Positions 24,901 to 33,110 of a DNA stretch of 33,110 bases are shown one piece after another. The stretch spans positions 1-33,110 of the forward strand of contig RBZT01000462.1 in assembly GCA_003693705.1 (NCBI GenBank), given 5' to 3'. Source of the DNA: Polymyxa betae A26-41. Taxonomy: Eukaryota; Protista; Endomyxa: Phytomyxea. A program made the translations under genes and the position numbers. Each line of letters begins with the position of its first letter. Within the stretch, counting starts at the first letter, position 1. Under the pieces are notes generated by a model that searched no databases, had not been told where the DNA came from, and worked only from the letters and a program-made list of their open reading frames with translations.

Positions 24901-27252
24901 TGTTCTGTAGGCTGAGTTGCTTTTTTATTTAATTTCGGTTCAAGCTGTTTAAGAATTCGGTAAAATGCTGCCCCTGTTGGATCTCGGCATGCTTGTTTGA
25001 CATGCTTTATATTGTATTCTTTCTTTGCTATTTTGAAAAGTTTTCGAAATTCCTTTTGTGCTATCTTATACTCTTGATAGGGTGTTGTGGTATCTTCGTT
25101 TCTTCTTCGCGCCTTGCCTATTGCTTTTCTGGCTTTGTTCTGTAATCGCACTGCTTTCTTTAATTGCGGTGTCCAGAATTTGATAGGCTTATGTTTTATT
25201 GTCTTGTAGGCAATACACTGTTTCAGAATTTCGTTCACATGATTTATTGAAAATGATTCGGAAATGTTTTTCTTGATTTTCGGGTAATCCATGACTGTGT
25301 ATTCTATCAAGCTGGTATTTTGTCCTACTCTAATTGCGTCTGAGCTGTAGGGGGAGTGACTTAGCTCTAGCTCTGTTTGCGTGGGAAGATGGTCACTATT
25401 TAACTTATGAAGAACTGTGTTGTTTACTGATTCGATCTCAGTTCCTTTTCTGACTAAGGTGACATCGAAGTTATTTTGCTCTCGTGTGGGAGTGTTTCTG
25501 TCACTAATAATGTCCATGTCAAGTAAAATGTGATTAAATAGCTATGTTTTTCTGTAAGGTTTGCCCCAAAACGGATATCTCTGGTGTTAAGATCACCTGT
25601 GATGATTACTGTATGTGTGGGATGAGATATATTCCATTGCTCGATAAAGGTGTGAATGTCGTTCCAAAATGCACCTCTACCTTGCGTGTTAACATCAGGG
25701 GGTATGTATGGATGGATTAATAGTACCGTGTTTGCTATAACAATACATTGTGTCAATATCCTCTCATGGTTTTTGTTGAACGATGTTGTTATTTTTTCAA
25801 CTTCAAGGTTTTTTCTCCAATAAATTGCACTCTGTCTGCCAGTATCGGTTGCTGTATAGTTCGGGAATCCATTTATCTGTCTGTATCTACCAATTTCTGA
25901 TATGCATATAATGTCTATATTTTTGGTTCTAGTCAGTAATTCGAGTTGTGATCGTTTTTCCGTATTGAGTAAGCATGCATTCCATTGTAAAATTTTGAGT
26001 GAATGTGTGCTGTTATTTTGAGGTGATTGCAATTGAACGGCTTCATTCTGAAAAAGTTCAAAATTTTGAGCTTCGACATTGTTGGGAGTGTTTTGGTCAG
26101 TGTTCATGTTATCATTCATATCTAGTCTTCCAAAAAAATCGGTGATATTTCTCTGAACAGGGCGTGTGTTTCCTGGAGGTGGAAGCCTGTAAATCCTGGC
26201 TTTGCTTTCTTCTGAACGAGGGTTTTCCCAAATGGGTTTATTTAATTTTTTACAAAAAATAAATTTAATTAAAAATAATTTTTTGTTGATGATCAGCAGT
26301 TTGTTCGTGTTATTGATATTTTTCGGTGATATTGATCGGATTTGTTTTCGTTCTATCTGTCCTTCCGTGGGTACATCATATTCTGCATAACTTCTATCTG
26401 ACTTGATTCGGAATATTTTTCGGAGTGAGTTGTGGAGAGGTAGTGTTTGTAAAGAGAGAATACAGCGTTGGGACTGTCCTGAATTGTATTGACCATAGAC
26501 GATGGTTGCGGTTGCTTGGTGCTGTCCAAGAGTGAAGTATAGAATTGAGTGCACGGGTTGCGCTTTAATCGGTTTCGTAAGGCTTAGGCTGTGAGTGGCT
26601 GAGCTATGCTGTCTAAGTGTGAAGTGTTGAGCCGGTAACGGCTGGTAAGTGGCTGCGTTATACTGTCTAGATGTTAGGTGGGTGTGAAGAAACGTCGTTA
26701 ACTGTGAGGGCTGCGCGCTCATCGATCGAATCCTTTCAATATTGAGGTCAATATTTGTTGCTGTTATCTGAGAGTTATCAGATCGCGTTAGGTATTTTGC
26801 AAGCGTATTCTTAGAGATTGTATATTCGATAGACGTTTGACATCTATAATTTCGTTGATAATAAATTTTATCGTTGTGGGAGTGTATTTTTGTGTGGAGT
26901 TTGTTTTTGTGTCTCTCTGCTAAAGCAGTTTTGAGACCAGCAAGCATATACATTGATGTATAGCTGCTTTGGTATTGCTTGGAATGCCATAAGGCTAATC
27001 CAGCCCCTGTCCCCGCCGCGCTCCGATCGAGATAGCATAATACTATTGGTCTCCAAGCAGCTTCATTGCGAGGACACCCTGAGCCCGCTCCGCTGCCTGC
27101 AGCGAAGAAGGTAAGGCGAGGTCGCAATACAGACAAAACCTTAAGGCCTGTGCCCTTCAGGCCGACCCCAAACGCTAGGAGCCCAAGACGGACGGTGCTC
27201 GTCAATGACGACACCTATCTCGATCCTGAGACAAGCTGCGCATAAACAGAGT
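21965..27252 (-). mobile_element. Full-length non-LTR retrotransposon (APE-RT-RNase H-CCHC; I/Ingi-like), frameshifted
   Basis: APE (ILQWNA, ICISE, TGDLN, SDHLP), RT (FRPISLLS, QFGCRPGHST, GIPQGSSLS, YVDD), RNase H (WTDG, SYEAEL, FTDSLS, IPSH), RTGH..CRHC..ETIEH, stop at 22273-22275. (AATCC)3 tail at 21965-21979. Perfect 14-bp TSD GAAGCCTGATCTTA at 21951-21964 and 27253-27266. At least 5 frame disruptions. Confidence 0.95.
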
Positions 27253-27263
27253 GAAGCCTGATC

Positions 27264-27786
27264 TTACACCAAGCTCGGACCATCCAATAAAATCGCGATT
27301 TCCGAGCCATCTTCAGCATAGGAACGGGCAGTGTGGTCCTGATTGTCGAGAAGGTTCAAATCGATCATACCATTGATTGAGAGCAGCTCACGAACGGCAG
27401 CGGCATTGTGGGCCTGTACGGCATGATGCAGAATCGGTCGGGGATCTTTCATAGAGGCGGCAAGGTGGAGCAAGTCGACCCGGAACGGCGTCTGTAGCTG
27501 AGCGCGTAAGAGGCCGTGCTGGCCCTCGGTGTCTATCAGCACCATCATGATTCTGTGAATCTGTTCAGGGAACCCAAATCGGAAGTTCTCGCACTTAATG
27601 ACGGAGGTGATCACGTCGAAGCGTCCGGTCTGAATCAGGTCCTGGATCTGCTAATATCCGCACGAATAACGAAAGGCAAAATACGCTGCAGATCGGTGGC
27701 CGTGAACTCGGCGAGTTTCAATTTCGCCAGATGAAAAGGGACTCCGAGAAAGAATAAGTTCATGACGAGATCTGGGTGTGATCGAA
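27264..27786 (-). pseudogene. Ankyrin-repeat gene 3' fragment (copy 2)
   Basis: LHHAVQAHNAAAVRELLSINGMIDLNLLDNQDHTA ankyrin repeat. 10-nt frameshifting deletion relative to copy 1 near 27652. Truncated at about 27790 by copia sequence. Confidence 0.78.
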
Positions 27787-27793
27787 TAATCGT

Positions 27794-28290
27794 TGCCATA
27801 CCGTGAACTTCTAGGCGCTCTCCTGTACTTGGACGATTACGACAAAATTTGCCATCGCTTACATCGCATCAATTCTTTCATCCAAATGCGCATCATTCGA
27901 ATAGGAGGACTAGGTCAAGGGGTATTTAGAATCAACGAAAAGCAAGCCTGATCTCGTTATTGGCGGAACCTCAAATCTGAAAGCCTACTGCGACACAAGT
28001 TACGGGCAAGATGACAGTGCGAAATCACGTACCGGTTACTTAAGCGTTTTCGGTGATTATGATCCAATTACCTGGGGCGGCGGAATACCAAGAGGAAACA
28101 GAATGGGTGGCGGACTTAATGTGGATTCAGAACTTACTGGACGATTACTGCTTGTTTCAGTATTGCCCCATTTCTGTTCCAGTACCGTATTTGAGGATAA
28201 TCCGGCCTGTAACTCATGGTGTATTGTGCCGAAATTATCGCGTCGCGCCGTACGAGACGTCTACACGAAATTTCAATTTTTGCGGAGAAT
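27794..28290 (+). mobile_element. Ty1/copia RT C-terminus and RNase H remnant (A)
   Basis: PYRELLGALLYL, LKAYCDTSYGQDDSAKSRTGY, AEY, FEDNPAC, YTKFQFLR in broken frames. Confidence 0.8.
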
Positions 28291-28459
28291 TGTGGGAATA
28301 ATTTTGGTATTCATGTGACAACATATAATGCAAGACAGCTACGAGGAACGTCTTGGAGCCGTAGAAAAGCAAGCGTTAGAAAATCTCTCGAAATTGGGTC
28401 TGAATGTGGTCAGCGACGTCACTACTGATGTCATGAACTCGCTGACACGAATATGGATT

Positions 28460-28878
28460 CAGGTCCGTGACCAGTTGGACGCTCAAGTCGCAGACAATGG
28501 TGCCGATTTGGAGTCGCTCGACGATGAAGCGCAGGAGCTGATCGACGACGCCTATGATATGACCTGCTCGACTATCCGTACAATAATGCTGCGATCTCTA
28601 TTGCGAGCAATACGCGGACCGAAGAACGCTCGAAACACATCGATGTTAAGTTTCATTATACGCGTGAACTTGTTCAACGTCGCGATATTCAGATTCATCG
28701 GAGTAGTACGAACGAAATGGTGGCGGACTATTTGACCAAACCTGTACCTAGCAAGAAGTTCCTTTGGTGCAGAGATCAAATTGGTCTACGTTTCTCTCCG
28801 GCGACTGTCTGGGGGGGAGTGTCGTACTGATCGATAGATCAGTTTATCTCAGACAGTCACAGGGTTGTCACGATCCTG
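28460..28878 (+). mobile_element. Ty1/copia RNase H end, PPT and start of 3' LTR (B)
   Basis: VTSWTLKSQTMV, NNAAISIA..RSKHIDVKFHYTRELV..TNEMVADYLTKP. PPT GGGGGGGAG at 28811-28819, immediately followed by TGTCG at 28820. Confidence 0.85.
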
Positions 28879-28880
28879 TA

Positions 28881-30037
28881 CAGTACCGTAAACCACAAAA
28901 TAACTAACCACCCAAAATAATTAACCACTCCACTGTAGCGAATTTCAGACCTCAAAACACCCGGTCACAGAGAGACCAAACTGTATATCAGGACTCTTTA
29001 CAGCTTGTCACATAGAGCCCAGGGTCGAAACAGTATAATGGCATCCGGGTCTGGTGAACTGGCTCCATACAGGCCTCCTCCAAAACTTACTGTTATATCT
29101 GTTTCGAAAAAAAGAGAGCTTCCTTGGAGTGCACGGTCAAAAATAATCTTTTTACTCCGTCCATCGCTGGGAGGCAATGATCGCGAAATGACGTCACGAT
29201 ATTTCGAAATTTGTCAGGGTACTGTGTTGTTGTCGAGCTAGCAGACCAACTAGAAACTAAATTTGACACAGAAACTTTACGAGGATGGTTGAAACCTAAC
29301 AGCATTTTCAAATGGATGCAAGAAGTGAAAAATTTGACCGTCAAAGATGTGGTGCTGTCTGTACCGGAAAAGTTTCGATCGACTTATCTGAAAGTTGACG
29401 AAGCGAGCAGGCTAGGAGAATCTGCATTGAGATCGTATATTGACAAAATGCCTACTTCCCGAAAAACATCTCAATGGCTGCTTACCAGAAACAGCCAAAA
29501 CATGCTTACTATTCAGAAAATGACTAGCTTAGTGAAGCAAAGCAAAAACTCTGCCTCTTCATCTATCGTTTACCTGAGAAAAACTGATAAAAGAATTGTA
29601 GAGTCTGGACGAAAACTTGGAAAACCGTTAGGCTACCAGGACGAAGAGCAATATCTGATCAAACTTCTTCAAACTGAATATGAAAGAGGCATCCCGTTGA
29701 CGACGAGCAGCGCCAAACATCAACTGTACATCCATTTTGCTGGAACCGCAATGACAGAACGTTTTCGAAAACTTGTGGCGAACAAAAAACAGTACGACTA
29801 TTGACAACATTTACAAATCAATGAAACTGAAACACACGTACCGTATAGGTTTGATACATGGTTCAACAGAGTTCTGGAACGGAACCGATGGGTAAACAGA
29901 AAGCATCCGTGTCTCAAGTTGTCACGAGCAACTGGAAAGAGATGGCACGTCGTGATAGTGTGGAGAGCAGGAAACTGTTCCGACAAGTTGACGTTGACCA
30001 TGTTATTGCCATGGACGAAACCTTCATCAGGTTTCAC
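28881..30037 (+). mobile_element. pogo/Tigger-like (Tc1-mariner) DNA transposon, 5' part, interrupted by the gypsy element
   Basis: TA-CAGTA/TA-CCGTA end with a 16-nt internal direct repeat (28896-28911, 28913-28928). ORF from 29038 with HTH (ETLRGWLK), CENP-B-like HTH (GIPLT...WFNRVLERNRW) and first catalytic Asp motif AMDET just before the break. Confidence 0.75.
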
Positions 30038-30589
30038 TGTCATGCTCTACGACCATAGACACCCAGCCGCTACCACTGACGGAGTCCCCCACGCAGCTCC
30101 GCTCCGAGTCGGAGGCCGGACTCCAGTGTGATCAACACCTTCCGTCCTCGACGTCGTGCTCGTCCTCTCTCATCGTCTGTTCGTCCCCAAGATCGTCCTC
30201 ACCCTGCAGGCCCCTTCCGGCCAATCCTCCGTCCCCTCCAACGTCGCCAGTCATTCCATCGCCACGCTCCTCGAACCCAGTGCTAAGCCCAGTGCCGTTC
30301 CTTATCTGCCTTGCCCTACCTCCGCATTCCGTGTACCCGTCGTTCCCGCCTGTGCTTTGTTGTCCTACACCGCCCCCGACGACCAGCCCCGGCATCACTC
30401 CCGTCCCACCTATCTGCGTCCCGCCTTAACGTTCACCTCGATGGCTTACTGCCCTCTCCGATCCCCATACCATCTGCCCTGCTTCCTTGCCATTCTTCTT
30501 TCAATTATATTGTTGTGTTAATTTCATAAATATTGTTAATTTAGTCTATTTCTGAACTTTTATCACGGTTAATCCTCCCCGTCCTAACA
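30038..30589 (+). repeat. 5' LTR of gypsy element (about 552 bp)
   Basis: Begins TGTCA where the transposase frame breaks, ends TAACA just before a PBS-position sequence. The 3' LTR lies outside the window, so the boundaries are inferred. Confidence 0.72.
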
Positions 30590-30783
30590 ATTTGATCACA
30601 CTCTTTCAAATTTTTCTACTTTCTTCTTTTCGTTTCAAGTTCACCGTTTGTTGATCCTCCTTACCTTTTGGGCTACAAGCAATAGAACAAAACTTCTCAA
30701 GCTTATCCCCGACCGAATGGATATCGATCCTGAATTCCCAACAACAGCAAGTCGTCGAACTCCAAAGACTGCTGCAAGTCTCC

Positions 30784-31602
30784 ATGGCCAACCGCCCGCA
30801 AACAATCCCTGAACCTAGGGTTCCCCTGCCTTCTCCCTTCAATGGGTCGCGAAATCGTGTCCGAGGTTTCCTCAACCAAGTACGGCTCGTGATTTCACAA
30901 CAACCGAACATGTATGATACCGATGCCAAAAGGGTGGCCTTGGTGGGCTCGCTGCTTACTGATGATGCGCTCACCTGGTTCTCGCCCCTGTTTGAGAGCA
31001 ATGACCCGATCCTGGCTAACTTCCAACTATTTACTGAAGGCCTTCGCGCTCGATTCGATGACCCTCACCGTCAAAGAACCTCGGCCGCTCGGTTACAAAA
31101 TATTCGGCAAGGTCGCCGACCCGCGTCCTCCTTCGCGACTGAATTCCAACTTCTTCTTGCCGATGCCGGTTGGGACGATACTGCTGCGATGCATATTTTC
31201 AGGTCCGGCCTTAATAGTGATGTCAAAGATTTGCTACTCTCCCTTCCTGAGCCACCGAATTTGCAAACGCTGATCAATGATGCCATCAACTGCGACGAAC
31301 GGCTGTTCCAGCGACGCATAGAAGCCCGTCAGAGTACCCCAAGGCCAGCCCCGCTACAGGCTTCCCCGGCTTCGCAAGTCGCAACTGGCTCACGCCAAGA
31401 AGCCACCCCGATGCAACTGGACACTACTATGATGGACGACCGAAGTCGAGTTTCACCATCGACCCGCCCGAAGCTCGATCCTTCTGAGCGCCAACGTCGC
31501 ATGGAGCAAGGCTTGTGTCTGTACTGTGGCGGTTCTGGACTTAAGAGATCCGCATGCCCTCTCGCACCTCCGTTGCGGGAAAACTCCCGAAGTCGTCGCT
31601 GA
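30784..31602 (+). CDS. gag: Ty3/gypsy Gag (Tf1/sushi, PEG10-like)
   Basis: PSPFNGSR..VRGFLNQ, SLLTDDALTW, IRQGRRPASSFATEF, PMQLD, RRMEQGLCLYCG. The zinc-knuckle His is replaced by Leu. Confidence 0.92.
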   Translation: MANRPQTIPEPRVPLPSPFNGSRNRVRGFLNQVRLVISQQPNMYDTDAKRVALVGSLLTDDALTWFSPLFESNDPILANFQLFTEGLRARFDDPHRQRTSAARLQNIRQGRRPASSFATEFQLLLADAGWDDTAAMHIFRSGLNSDVKDLLLSLPEPPNLQTLINDAINCDERLFQRRIEARQSTPRPAPLQASPASQVATGSRQEATPMQLDTTMMDDRSRVSPSTRPKLDPSERQRRMEQGLCLYCGGSGLKRSACPLAPPLRENSRSRR

Positions 31603-33110
31603 GGCGGTCAACGCCGACTTCAAGTAATACAAAGTCCCGATTTCAACACCCGCCCTGCGATAATATCATACAATCATGCATTCTACAACCAGGAAGCACA
31701 TCAGAGCAAATCGGCAAGCCCATTACTCTCAGTATCCTCCTCCTCTCCGAACTCAGACAAGTACCGGCGATCGCGCTGCTGGATTCCGGCGCTGCAGCGA
31801 ACTTTATCGACCGAGACTTCGCTCTTCGACATGACTTACCGCTAGAGTTATTAGAGATTCCGATCCCAGTACAAGTTGTAGATGGAAAAACAATCTCAAC
31901 CACCACCCACAAGGTCTCAATCATGACCAGTACCGTCCCAAGGCTAGCATCAGCACACCTCTGCAGCTTTTTTGTGATCGATTCGCCGAAGCACCAAGTG
32001 GTTCTGGGCATTCCATGGCTGCGCTCTACCAATCCCGTGATCGACTGGAGCACCAACATCATCACCCTTCACGAAGGCACAATATTCGCTGCCAGCACCG
32101 AGCCGCTCATCCCTGATGCGACTTTCCGAAGGGAAATACTAGTTCCGTCCGAATACAAGGCGTTCGAGCACGTTTTCCAAAAACGCCTGGCAGACAAGCT
32201 CCCGGATCACAGGCCTTACGACTGCTCCGTCGACCTCATTGCAGGAGTCGAGGCTTACCCCAAGCGTCGTCTATACAGCCTATCGCTCAAGGAAGAACAG
32301 GCCCTCCGTACCTACATTGACGAGATGCTGCAGAAAGGCTTCATTCGTCCCAGCTCGTCGCCATTGGGTGCCCCGGTACTGTTCGCTGGCAAGAAGGATG
32401 GCAGTCTCAGACCATGTATTGACTACCGCGGTCTCAACAAGATTACCAAGAGAGTTCCATACCCGCTTCCGGTCATCCACAACGTTCTACAGCAACTCCG
32501 TTCAGCCAAGATCTACACGAAGCTGGACCTCCGCGGGGCGTACAACCTACTTCGTATCCGCTCCGGAGACGAGTGGAAAACCGCGTTCTTGTGTAAGTAT
32601 GGGATTTTGAGTATTTAGTTATGCCTTTTGGACTTATGAATGCTCCCTCGTTTTTCCAATTTTTTATGAACGACGTTTTCCGCGATTTTCTAGATCGTTT
32701 CTTGGTCGTCTACCTAGATGATTTGTTAATATACTCGGACACGGAAGGGGAGCACCAAGAGCATGTGATGTTGGCTCTACAGCGCCTTTCAGATCACGGC
32801 CTAGCAGTAAAACTGGAGAAGTGTGCGTTTAACGTCAAGCAGGTGGACTTTCTCGGCCATGTCATCTCCCCCAGCGGTTGTAGCATGGAAATGTCCAAGG
32901 TTCGGAGCATCTCCGACTGGCAGCCGCCAACGACCGTGGTGGAAGTTCAGCGCTTCCTCGGTTTCGCTAATTACTACCGCGACTTCATCTGCAATTATGC
33001 CAAACTCGCAGCACCCCTCACTCGACTCACAAGAAAAGACAACGCATTCTCTTGGGGATGCGCCGAGGAGAAAGCTTTCAACCAGCTTAAAGAGGCGTTC
33101 CTTTCAGCCC
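31578..33110 (+). CDS. pol: Ty3/gypsy Pol (protease, RT), partial, one frameshift at about 32604
   Basis: ALLDSGAAANFID, VVLGIPWL, LRPCIDYRGLN, KLDLRGAYNL, then shifted frame FEYLVMPFGL..YLDD..EKC.F..FLGH..FLGFANYYR. Runs off the window. Confidence 0.95.

Noticed and set aside
27944-27954. AAGCCTGATCT, partial match to the LINE TSD
   Set aside because: Lies within copia coding remnant with no insertion junction; plausibly chance.
28328-28735. 135-aa ORF resembling an acidic helical protein
   Set aside because: Overlaps frameshifted copia RNase H motifs in alternative frames, so it is most likely a chimeric artefact.
30132-30529. ORFs inside the gypsy LTR
   Set aside because: C/T-rich low-complexity LTR sequence with few stops; no protein features.
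1-33110. CRISPR arrays, rRNA/tRNA genes, prokaryotic operons, non-canonical genetic code or splice sites
   Set aside because: None seen. All modelled introns are GT-AG, and stops in host genes fall in introns or at ends. Antisense ORFs over exons are shadows.

Overview
Eukaryotic, intron-rich nuclear DNA. A ciliary gene, 7TM-RGS genes and ankyrin paralogues suggest a flagellated protist, possibly a plasmodiophorid (inference only). Host genes: a partial unknown gene (minus strand, left edge), 17-exon LRRC9, a 5-exon 7TM-RGS, a 2-exon fucosyltransferase-like gene and 6-exon ALAD/HEM2. From about 18.4 kb onward the window is mostly decayed and mobile DNA: a rearranged RGS pseudogene split by a hAT-like cargo element; a full-length APE-RT-RNaseH LINE with a perfect 14-bp TSD at an ankyrin stop codon; two copia remnants; a spliced pogo-like transposase; and a Tf1/sushi-type gypsy element with a self-priming PBS. 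The best leads are the LINE (same junction used from both strands, structured 5' end, covarying 3' UTR in three copies), the self-priming gypsy element, and two host-biased motifs (telomere-like 20-mer, GTAAC/GTTAC). All gene models, alignments, folds and counts were done by eye, with no database searches.
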